Position numbers and translations under genes: made by a program. From an uncultured Acidobacteriaceae bacterium (GTDB taxonomy: Bacteria > Acidobacteriota > Terriglobia > Terriglobales > Acidobacteriaceae), in contig CAWGRZ010000010.1 of NCBI GenBank assembly GCA_963825155.1, positions 135,547 to 199,546 on the forward strand: a DNA stretch of 64,000 bases, read 5' to 3'. The notes beneath the pieces are model-generated. The model was not told where the DNA came from, made no database searches, and saw only the letters and a list, made by a program, of their open reading frames with translations. Every line of letters starts with the position of its first letter. The first letter of the stretch is position 1. Shown piece after piece: positions 27,888 through 35,957 of the stretch.

Positions 27888-30028
27888 AATGGCTCCGCAC
27901 AAATTCTCCGAGTGAGCGCCGTCGCCGTCTCGCGGCCCTGGCGGTTCTTGGCGTCGTTTTGCTTTGTCCTCTGCATGGTTATGCCTACGCCGGCCCCGGC
28001 GCGGGTTTCGCGGTGCTTTCTTCCTTTTGGACTCTTTTTGTCGCCTTCCTTTATTCGGTGTACGCCTTCTTTGTCTGGCCTTTCCGGCAACTATTTCGCC
28101 TGTTGCGCCATCGCAAAGCCTACGGCAAAGCGCAAATCAAACGCGCCGTGATTCTCGGCTTCGATGGCATGGACCCCGAACTGACCGAGCGCTTCATTGC
28201 CGAAGGCAAGTTGCCGAATCTCGCGAAGTTGCGCGAGCAGGGAACGTTCCGCAAACTGCGCACAACCTACCCTGCCATCTCGCCGGTAGCATGGTCCACG
28301 TTCATGACGGGCGTGAATCCCGGCAAGCACAATATTTACGATTTCCTCGCCCGCGACCTCAGCAACTACCTTCCTTACCTCTCGTCGGCCGAGATCAAGG
28401 GCCCGAAACGCAGCTTGAAAATCGGCAAGTACACCATCCCCCTCGGCGGCCCCAGGATCAAAGGCATGCGCCGCGGAACGCCTTTCTGGCACTGGCTGGG
28501 GGAAGCGGGCATTTTCTGTTCCGTGATTCGCGTGCCCGTCACCTTTCCGCCAGAGAAATTCCCCGGCGTGCTGCTTTCCGGCATGTGCGTTCCAGACTTG
28601 AAAGGAAGCCAGGGAACTTTTTGCCTGTGCACCACTCGCCGCAGTGGCGACAAATTTCGGGAAGGCGGCATTAGGGTTCCGGTCGAGCGCGCTGGTTCAG
28701 TGTGCCGTTCCTACGTCCCCGGCCCGGAAGATCCGCTGGCGCCCGGCTCCGGAGATGAACTGAGAGTCCGCTTCGAGATCTACCCCGATAGCACCCAAAA
28801 TCAAGCCCGCTTCACGGTGGATTCACAGAACTTCACCCTGAAACTTGGCGACTACTCCGAGTGGATTCCGGTGAGGTTCAAAGCTGGCGTGGGTTTTAGC
28901 GCCCACGGCATTTGCCGCTTTTATCTCAAGGAGCTATCGCCCGAGGTCGAGGTTTATGTCACGCCCGTGAATATCGATCCGGGCCGCCCCGATCTTCCCA
29001 TCTCGCACCCCGTGACCTACTCCATCTATCTGGCGAAACTGTTTGGGCCTTACGCCACCCTCGGGTTGGCCGAGGACACCTGGGCCTTGAACGAGGAAGT
29101 CCTGGACGACCAGGCGTTCCTCGCCCAGTGTTACGCCAATCATGACGATCGCGAGCGCATGCTATTCGACGCCCTGGAAAAAACGCAGCAGGGCCTCTGC
29201 GCCTGCGTGTTCGACACCACCGACCGCGTGCAGCACATGTTCTGGCGATATCTCGACGAGGACCATCCTGCCGCCCGGGAGGTGCCCCGCGGCCAGCGCC
29301 CCCGCGTAATCCAGGATCTTTACGCCCGCATGGACGAACTGATCGGCCGCGTCATGAAACAGATGGACGACCGAACTCTGCTGATGATCGTCTCTGACCA
29401 CGGCTTCAAGTCGTTCGCGCGCTGCGTCAATCTGAATGCGTGGTTGCATCAGAACGGATATTTATCGCTCAAGCCCGGCAAGACCGAGAGTGGCGACTGG
29501 TTCGAAGATGTGGACTGGTCCCGCACCCGCGCCTACACCATGGGCCTGAACGGCCTGTACTTGAATCTCAAGGGACGCGAGAGGGAAGGGATCATGGAAC
29601 CGGGCGCCGCCGCAGACGCTTTGAAAGACGAACTGCGGCTCAAACTCGACGGACTTGTGGACCCGGCATCGAACCGCATCGGCATCACCGGAGTCTTCGA
29701 TTGCGATTCCGTGTATGCCGGCCCCTACGTGGATAACGCCCCCGATCTGATCGTCGGGTACGGCGACGGCTTCCGCGCGTCCTGGGATTCGGTCATGGGC
29801 AAGGTGACCAGCCAGATCTTCGAAGATAACCTGAAGGCCTGGAGCGGAGACCACTGCATCGATCCGCGGCTGGTGCCGGGAGTTCTTTTCTGCAATCGCA
29901 AAATCGCCGAAGAGAAGCCCGGCATCGTTGACGTGGCGCCCACCGTCCTGAAGCTATTCGGCTTGGCTCTGCCCAGCCACCTTGATGGCAAGCCCTGGAC
30001 GGTTGCTCCGGCTACTACTGCACCCTGA
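27884..30028 (+). CDS. alkaline phosphatase family protein, NPP-like (AlkP2), with an N-terminal hydrophobic hairpin
   Basis: LGFDGMDP, I-S-P-V-A-W (Ser codon 28280-28282), SDHGF. Paralogous to AlkP1. Two N-terminal hydrophobic segments are followed by the basic stretch RQLFRLLRHRKAYGKAQIKR. Confidence 0.88.
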   Translation: MKWLRTNSPSERRRRLAALAVLGVVLLCPLHGYAYAGPGAGFAVLSSFWTLFVAFLYSVYAFFVWPFRQLFRLLRHRKAYGKAQIKRAVILGFDGMDPELTERFIAEGKLPNLAKLREQGTFRKLRTTYPAISPVAWSTFMTGVNPGKHNIYDFLARDLSNYLPYLSSAEIKGPKRSLKIGKYTIPLGGPRIKGMRRGTPFWHWLGEAGIFCSVIRVPVTFPPEKFPGVLLSGMCVPDLKGSQGTFCLCTTRRSGDKFREGGIRVPVERAGSVCRSYVPGPEDPLAPGSGDELRVRFEIYPDSTQNQARFTVDSQNFTLKLGDYSEWIPVRFKAGVGFSAHGICRFYLKELSPEVEVYVTPVNIDPGRPDLPISHPVTYSIYLAKLFGPYATLGLAEDTWALNEEVLDDQAFLAQCYANHDDRERMLFDALEKTQQGLCACVFDTTDRVQHMFWRYLDEDHPAAREVPRGQRPRVIQDLYARMDELIGRVMKQMDDRTLLMIVSDHGFKSFARCVNLNAWLHQNGYLSLKPGKTESGDWFEDVDWSRTRAYTMGLNGLYLNLKGREREGIMEPGAAADALKDELRLKLDGLVDPASNRIGITGVFDCDSVYAGPYVDNAPDLIVGYGDGFRASWDSVMGKVTSQIFEDNLKAWSGDHCIDPRLVPGVLFCNRKIAEEKPGIVDVAPTVLKLFGLALPSHLDGKPWTVAPATTAP

Positions 30029-30064
30029 GCCACACACGCTCGAAAACGCTACTATAGGCGAATC

Positions 30065-30625
30065 GTGATCACCATCGTCTCCGGTCTGCCCCGCTCCGGT
30101 ACATCGCTGATGATGCAGATGCTGGCCGCCGGGGGCCTGCCTCTGCTCACCGACCTCGAACGCAAGCCGGACATCGACAACCCACGTGGCTATTGTGAAT
30201 GGGAGCCGATAAAGCTACTGCCCAAGGATCCCGATCTCATCGACCAGGCTGAAGGCAAGGCCGTGAAAGTCATTTCCCAGCTTCTTCTCTCGGTTCCGGC
30301 AGGCCGAAACTATAAATTGATTTTCATGGAGCGACCGCTGCCCGAGGTTCTCGCCTCTCAGGATGAAATGCTGAAGCGCCGCGGATCAACCCAGTCCGTG
30401 GATCCCGCCCGGCTCACTTCTGCCTTCCGGGATCACCTGCGAGAAATCATTGCGTGGCTCGAAGATAGAACCGACATCCCAGTTTGCCGCGTGGGATATC
30501 GAAGAGTACTGATCGATCCCATCGCGGCCTCAAAGACCGTCCGCGATTTTCTGGAACTTGATTTAGACGTGGATACGATGGCGCACCAGGTGGACCCTTC
30601 CTTGTACCGCAACCGGCGTCCGTGA
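30065..30625 (+). CDS. small sulfotransferase-family protein (186 aa), no signal peptide
   Basis: GTG start. The N-terminal SGLPRSGTSLMMQML matches the 5'-phosphosulfate-binding loop (PKxGTT-like) of PAPS-dependent sulfotransferases. Confidence 0.65.
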   Translation: MITIVSGLPRSGTSLMMQMLAAGGLPLLTDLERKPDIDNPRGYCEWEPIKLLPKDPDLIDQAEGKAVKVISQLLLSVPAGRNYKLIFMERPLPEVLASQDEMLKRRGSTQSVDPARLTSAFRDHLREIIAWLEDRTDIPVCRVGYRRVLIDPIAASKTVRDFLELDLDVDTMAHQVDPSLYRNRRP

Positions 30626-30733
30626 GCACTTGGTCAAGGCCCAGCCCTGCGCTTCGTTGCATCGCCGGGACGCGAGCAATGCCCGCCACAGCTCCGGCCG
30701 CAGTGAGGAAACCATCGCAGTACGTTTGTGAAT

Positions 30734-31102
30734 TGGTGGAGGCGGCGGGAGTCGAACCCGCGTCCGAAAATGTTACTGGTCAAGAGACTACATGCTTATT
30801 CGCGTTCATGCCCTCGGCATTACCCGAGGACGTTCGCGGCCGCGGCTCAGAACGGACAAGAAACCGAAGACGCTAGCCTGAGGTCTTAGCCTCCCTGCCC
30901 AGACGTAGCAGGGAAGAGCAGCCCGCTGTGTGACGTCCTGACCGCAGCCCACGGGCAAAGCCGCGGAGGACGGCAACTTAACTAATTAAGCTGCGTATGC
31001 CATCTGTTGATTGGCAATTATCATTTTGCCCACGATTACGGGTGTGTGCACCCCGGCATGCCTCTTGGCCGCAAGCATCTCCGTCGAAGCCGTGACGCCC
31101 CC
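30734..31102 (-). ncRNA. ssrA: tmRNA (transfer-messenger RNA)
   Basis: The minus strand reads 5'-GGGGGCGTCACGGCTTCGACGG...GGCATGCCGGGG... and ends ...GGGTTCGACTCCCGCCGCCTCCACCA-3'. The internal tag frame GCC AAT CAA CAG ATG GCA TAC GCA GCT TAA (31015-30986) encodes ANQQMAYAA*, aligned by analogy to the E. coli tag region. Confidence 0.93.
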
Positions 31103-31242
31103 ACTGGTGGGATGGCCTTGCAAAGAACGAAAGCCCGAAAAGGACCACTTCCAGACTAGGGTTAACGGGACCGGAAGTCAAACTGACCATCAGATAAGCA
31201 TTGGCGAGGATTCGCCGAATGTTCCCCTAGTAGGAGACATTC

Positions 31243-31271
31243 TTGACATTTACGCATGAATAAGCAAGAAT
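31243..31271 (+). promoter_or_regulatory. candidate promoter TTGACA-N17-AAGAAT of the PIN-toxin operon
   Basis: TTGACA at 31243-31248, a 17-nt spacer and AAGAAT at 31266-31271, followed by the palindromic GCATGC/ATGCAT at 31275-31281 and GAGGA at 31282-31286 before the ATG at 31294. Confidence 0.4.
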
Positions 31272-31293
31272 AGCATGCATAGAGGAATAGCCT

Positions 31294-31710
31294 ATGAAAA
31301 GCGCAGCGGCAGCGAAACCCTCCGAACTGGTTCGGCAATACGCTGTTGAGACCTATATTTCACCGGCTCGACGACGCCGAGACAGAACGGTGTCAATAAC
31401 TGCCGGGACCGTCCACAAAGCTCTACGGCTGGGAAATAGGGTGCCGTTGGTTTGCAGCGCGCTCGAATCGCAGAAATTTCTTAGGGAAAATGGTCTGCGA
31501 TTAATATCCAAAGTCGGCCCGCCTTCAGGCCAAAGCACGACCGTAACTTACACCTACGAGTTCAATGAATCCCCCGCTGAACCGCCTGCGACCGACGCCT
31601 GGAATCGACTCCGCGGCGCGTTGAAAGATGTCTTCACAGAATTGGGCGGAGGCGAAGCCTACTTGCGCGCCGAACGCGCCTCCTTCACCGCCGTCCCGGA
31701 CCGCAAATGA
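31294..31710 (+). CDS. 138-aa protein in the antitoxin position upstream of the PIN toxin (no recognisable antitoxin fold)
   Basis: Its stop overlaps the toxin ATG (ATGA at 31707-31710). There is no obvious RHH, AbrB, PhD or HTH signature. SD-like GAGGA lies upstream. Confidence 0.6.
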   Translation: MKSAAAAKPSELVRQYAVETYISPARRRRDRTVSITAGTVHKALRLGNRVPLVCSALESQKFLRENGLRLISKVGPPSGQSTTVTYTYEFNESPAEPPATDAWNRLRGALKDVFTELGGGEAYLRAERASFTAVPDRK

Positions 31711-32132
31711 GCCGCATTTACTGGGATTCAATGCTTTTTATTTACTGGCTGGAGGACAATCCTCTTTTTGCCACGCGAGTCGCGGCGATACACACTCGAA
31801 TGGGAGAGCGGAAAGACGAACTTATCACCAGTGCCTTCACTTTTGGCGAAGTTCTCGCCGGGGCGTATCGCAAGGGCTCCGCTTCTTCGGCGGAGGAAGT
31901 GCGCGGACTTCTGATCAGTCTTGTGTCAGAAGTAGTACCTTTCACCGTTGAAACTGCCGGCCACTATGCGCGAATCAGGGGCACCAGCGGCTTCGATCCG
32001 CCAGATGCCATTCATCTGGCCTCGGCCGCTCAGGCTGGCATTGATCTGTTCCTAACCAACGACAAGAGACTGGTCGGAAAGTCTGTGCCAGGAATTCATT
32101 TCATCGTTTCGCTGGATGCACAGTTCTTCTAA
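31707..32132 (+). CDS. vapC: PIN-domain ribonuclease toxin (VapC-like)
   Basis: 141 aa with acidic PIN residues in the expected context: YWDSML (Asp7), FGEVL (Glu), PPDAIHLASA (Asp), FLTNDKRL (Asp). Confidence 0.85.
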   Translation: MSRIYWDSMLFIYWLEDNPLFATRVAAIHTRMGERKDELITSAFTFGEVLAGAYRKGSASSAEEVRGLLISLVSEVVPFTVETAGHYARIRGTSGFDPPDAIHLASAAQAGIDLFLTNDKRLVGKSVPGIHFIVSLDAQFF

Positions 32133-32169
32133 AAGATCCCGCCGACCCCTCTGGCGCGTTCTCGTGTCT

Positions 32170-33102
32170 TTACACTCCCGGATTCGCCACCTTCTGCCCG
32201 ATCAGCACCGCATCCTGCATCTGCCGGTAAAGGTCGCTTACCGCTCCCGGCGAATGCGACATCAGAATCGTATTGCTTTTATCGTTGGCCCCGATTTCCT
32301 TCATCGTGTCCAGATACTGCGTCATCAGCACCAGCATCATGACGTCTCTCGGCGACGATCCCTCCACCGCTTTCGAAAATCCCTCCACCGAATCTTTCAA
32401 TCCCTCGATGATCGCCTTGCGCTGGTTGGCGATGCCCTGCCCTTGCAGCGCCTTGCTCTCCGCCTCAGCTTCTGCCTGCTTCACTTTCAGGATCTTTTCC
32501 GCTTCGCCGCGCGCCGTGGCCGCCACCTGCTCGCGCTGCGCGGCATTGATTTCGTTCATCGCCGCTTTGACCTTGTCGTCAGGCTGGATATCGGTGACCA
32601 GCGCCTGGTCAATGGCGTAGCCGTAGGTCCTCATCACGTCGTCAAGCCCCTGCTTGATGGCGACTGCAATGTCCGATTGCTGCAAAAAGGCGTCGTCCAG
32701 ATTCATCTTGGGCACATGGCCAAGGATCACGTTAAACACGTAGGACGAAATTTGCTGCCGCGGATTCGCCAGCTTGTAGAACGCCTCGTACACATGGTCG
32801 GGAATCACGTGATACTGCACTGACACCGGAATCTTGACGAACACGTTGTCTTTCGTTTTCGTCTCTACATCGAGGGCGAGTTGCTGCACCCGCAAGTCGA
32901 TACGCCCGGCAATCTGGTCCAGCCACGGCAGCTTGAAATTGATGCCTGCGCCCGCAACCCGCTGGAACTTTCCCATGCGCTGCACCACCACGGCCTCGGC
33001 CGTGTGCACCTGGAAGAAACCGCTCAGAATGGTTCCCAGCACAAAAATGCCAACAATCAACGCAACCACTAACTCCAGAACCGGCATGGTGTCCATCGGC
33101 AT
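32170..33102 (-). CDS. SPFH/band-7 (stomatin/HflC-like) domain membrane protein
   Basis: N-terminal TM helix, then VVVQRMGKFQRVAGAGINFKLPWLD...VETKTKDNVFV, typical of SPFH, and a C-terminal coiled-coil EAEKILKVKQAEAEAE. Confidence 0.88.
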   Translation of the reverse strand: MPMDTMPVLELVVALIVGIFVLGTILSGFFQVHTAEAVVVQRMGKFQRVAGAGINFKLPWLDQIAGRIDLRVQQLALDVETKTKDNVFVKIPVSVQYHVIPDHVYEAFYKLANPRQQISSYVFNVILGHVPKMNLDDAFLQQSDIAVAIKQGLDDVMRTYGYAIDQALVTDIQPDDKVKAAMNEINAAQREQVAATARGEAEKILKVKQAEAEAESKALQGQGIANQRKAIIEGLKDSVEGFSKAVEGSSPRDVMMLVLMTQYLDTMKEIGANDKSNTILMSHSPGAVSDLYRQMQDAVLIGQKVANPGV

Positions 33103-33539
33103 CCTCCCCCCGCTATAGTTGTCTTGGGCACGATTCGAGCACGGCGAGGGCGTGCACCGGAATCGCAGGCATCATAGCGGTTCGGTCTGGTTCTCACAAC
33201 GATGGATCGAGTCCGGGCGGATAATGCGACAGATTTCTCAACGATTTCCAGAAGATTGTCTTAATCTGCGGAGAGCAAGGCGAACGTTTGAACGGAATCT
33301 TTAATTCTCTACGGCCTGCGACGTCGTGCGAGCCTTATCATTAATCTTGCATCTTGCGGCCTCTTCGGGCATCTCTACTACGACGCGGGGCTGTGCGAAT
33401 TCTGCGGCGGGATGTTAGGGTTGACTCGCGACGTTGATCGTTGACCGTCGGTGTTCACTCGAGCTGTTGACCTGAGCTGTTGACCTGAAATGACCTCACA
33501 CGTCCAAACAGCGGCGATGCGACGACGCCTAATACGGCG

Positions 33540-35198
33540 ATGTCAGCACCGATGTCAGGAGCGCCCCCGGTGAAGGCCCAGTGTCTTCCGTTCTCCCAAA
33601 TCCCGCACACCACGCACCTGTTCACTGATTTTCTGGCGCACACATCCCAAGTCCAGCCGTTCTACCCCAGGTCGCCCTATCTCTCCGAATGGCGGACGGA
33701 AGAGGCGGCAAGGATTTCTTACGATCCCCAGCGCCGCGAGCGCGTCGCCGCCATTCTTGAACGCCAGAGCAAGTCGTGGGACGCCTCCCCGAAAACGCTG
33801 GCCAATCTCGATCGCCTGCGCCACGGGGCGGCCGCGGTGGTGACCGGGCAGCAGGTGGGACTTTTCGGCGGGCCAATGTTCGCCATCTACAAAGCTCTGA
33901 CTGCGGTTAAGCTGGCCGCCGAGGCCACCGCTGCCGGAGTCGAGACCGTTCCCGTTTTCTGGCTGGCCACCTACGATCACGATCTTGCCGAAGTGAATCA
34001 CGTCGCGCTGCCGGGTGCCGAGGGAGCATTGCAGACGCTCACCACCCCGAGCCACGACCTCCCCGGGGCGCCGGTCAGCGCCGTGCGCCTGGGCGAAGAG
34101 ATTCTGCCGGTGTTGCAACAGGCCGCAAAACTGCTGGGTGACGCCGAAGTGACGCAGTTTCTTCGCGACTCGTATCGTCCCGGCGCAACCCTGGGCACAG
34201 CCTTCGCTCAGTTGTATGCCAGGCTGTTCGCGGAGTGGGGCGTCATTGTGCTGGATGCCTCCGACGGCGAACTCCACCGCGTCGCTCAACCCATTTATCG
34301 CGCCGCGATCGAGCGTGCGGAGGAACTTGACGCCGCCTTACTGGCGCGTGGCGAAGCGCTGGAGGCGGCAGGCTATCATCAGCAGGTAAAAGTCACGTCT
34401 TCGTCTGTATTGCTGTTCACCATTCACCAGGGCGCCCGCACGGCAATTCACCGCCGCGGCAATGGCACAACTGCAGAGTTCGTAATTGGCGGCGAGCCTG
34501 GGGCCGAGAAAATTTCGCGAGCCGAATTGCTCGATCGGATCAGTGCTTCTCCTGAACAATTCAGCCCCAACGTGCTTCTCCGCCCCATCGTCCAGGATTA
34601 TCTTCTGCCCACGCTTGCCTACACCGGGGGCGCCGCCGAGGCCGCCTATTTCGCGCAGACCGGAGCCGTCTACCAGTCTCTGCTGGGCCGGGTGACGCCG
34701 ATTGTGCCGCGTTTCTCCGCCACCCTCGTCGAATTGAAAGTGCAGCGCCTGCTCGAGCGCCACGGCATCACCGTGCCCGACGTGTTTAGCGGCCCCGAAG
34801 GGCTGCGTCGAAAACTCGCTGCCCAGGGCCTGCCCGAGGACCTGCAGGCCGCGTTCGATGCCGCGAATCAATCCTTGACCGCGAACCTGGGTGCAATCCG
34901 CGAGAAGCTGGAGAAACTGGATCGTACGTTAGTGGATGCGGCTCAAACCGCCGCGTCGAAGATGCAGCATCAGCTGGAGAAGCTTCAGACGCAAGCAGCA
35001 CGCGCAGAAGCGCAAAAAAGCGAACTGGTATCTCGCCACGCCGAGATTCTGAGCCATGCGCTCTATCCCGAGAAAGGCCTGCAGGAGCGCGGCATCGGCG
35101 GCCTGTACTTCCTGGCCCGCTATGGACCCGACCTTCTACACCAGCTCTACGAAACCATCCACTCCGACTGCCACGATCACCAACTCCTGGAGTTGTAG
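33540..35198 (+). CDS. bshC: bacillithiol biosynthesis cysteine-adding enzyme BshC
   Basis: AAVVTGQQVGLFGGPMFAIYKALTAVKLA...PVFWLATYDHDLAEVNHV and C-terminal LYFLARYGPDLL...HQLLEL align with my recollection of B. subtilis BshC (YllA) motifs. The start codon is uncertain. Confidence 0.85.
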   Translation: MSAPMSGAPPVKAQCLPFSQIPHTTHLFTDFLAHTSQVQPFYPRSPYLSEWRTEEAARISYDPQRRERVAAILERQSKSWDASPKTLANLDRLRHGAAAVVTGQQVGLFGGPMFAIYKALTAVKLAAEATAAGVETVPVFWLATYDHDLAEVNHVALPGAEGALQTLTTPSHDLPGAPVSAVRLGEEILPVLQQAAKLLGDAEVTQFLRDSYRPGATLGTAFAQLYARLFAEWGVIVLDASDGELHRVAQPIYRAAIERAEELDAALLARGEALEAAGYHQQVKVTSSSVLLFTIHQGARTAIHRRGNGTTAEFVIGGEPGAEKISRAELLDRISASPEQFSPNVLLRPIVQDYLLPTLAYTGGAAEAAYFAQTGAVYQSLLGRVTPIVPRFSATLVELKVQRLLERHGITVPDVFSGPEGLRRKLAAQGLPEDLQAAFDAANQSLTANLGAIREKLEKLDRTLVDAAQTAASKMQHQLEKLQTQAARAEAQKSELVSRHAEILSHALYPEKGLQERGIGGLYFLARYGPDLLHQLYETIHSDCHDHQLLEL

Positions 35199-35207
35199 GG
35201 CGCCGCG

Positions 35208-35846
35208 CTACCTGCTCTCGCTGGTCGCCAGGTAAGTACCCAGCCCAATCATGATCGCGCCCGTCACTGTTCGTTGCCGCCGCCGGAAGGTCGCGGACGA
35301 GCGAATGCGCTCCCCGAGCGGCCCCGCCATCGCGATCACGATCAAGTCCGCCGTAGTATTCATCACCACCGACATCGTTCCCAGTGCTACGAATTGCAGG
35401 AATACGTGTCCGGCTCCGCGGTTCACGAACTGCGGAATAAACGACAGAAAAAACAGCGCAGTCTTGGGATTCAGCACCTCGGTCGCCACGCCCTGCCAGA
35501 GCGGGTTGCGCGCGGGTTTGAGAGCCTGCGGAATGTCCTCGATGCCCGCCTTCTCCTTACGCGCGTCCAGAATCATCCGCACGCCCAGAAAGCACAGGTA
35601 AGCCGCGCCCACGTATTTCACAGCGGCGAATGCGGCCGCGGACTTGGCCAGGATCATTGAGACTCCCAGCGCCGCCGCCAATACATGCACCATGCCGCCC
35701 AGAAACGTGCCCAATGCCGAGAGCACGCCTTCGCGCTTTCCGCCCGCCAGACAGCGGGCGAGAACGTAAAGCATCCCCGGACCGGGAGCGATCGCCAGCA
35801 GCACCGCCGCCGTCAGAAAAAGCAGAATCCGCGTGGAATCGAACAT
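35208..35846 (-). CDS. LysE/RhtB family amino-acid exporter
   Basis: 212 aa, 5-6 TM helices, N-terminal LLAIAPGPGMLYVLARCLAGGKREG, characteristic of LysE translocators. Confidence 0.88.
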   Translation of the reverse strand: MFDSTRILLFLTAAVLLAIAPGPGMLYVLARCLAGGKREGVLSALGTFLGGMVHVLAAALGVSMILAKSAAAFAAVKYVGAAYLCFLGVRMILDARKEKAGIEDIPQALKPARNPLWQGVATEVLNPKTALFFLSFIPQFVNRGAGHVFLQFVALGTMSVVMNTTADLIVIAMAGPLGERIRSSATFRRRQRTVTGAIMIGLGTYLATSESR

Positions 35847-35957
35847 AATGCACCTCTATTCTTGCCGAGCGCGGATGAGTTCACGGAAATGAAGCTCATC
35901 AGCAGTCGAAGCATCCCAGCCTAACTCACAAATCCGCTTGTTCAAAGCACGGCGGAG

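Noticed and set aside
30622-30876. An 84-aa ORF overlapping the 3' part of the tmRNA gene.
   Set aside because: It lies within and antisense to ssrA, and the peptide has no features.
30626-32132. A genomic island integrated at the tmRNA gene.
   Set aside because: There is no integrase, no duplicated ssrA 3' segment in the window and no obvious compositional break. Only the PIN-toxin module hints at past mobility.
33461-33496. Tandem repeats here, and at 48498-48606, as a CRISPR array.
   Set aside because: There are only 2-3 short (12-17 bp) directly abutting copies, with no spacers and no cas genes.
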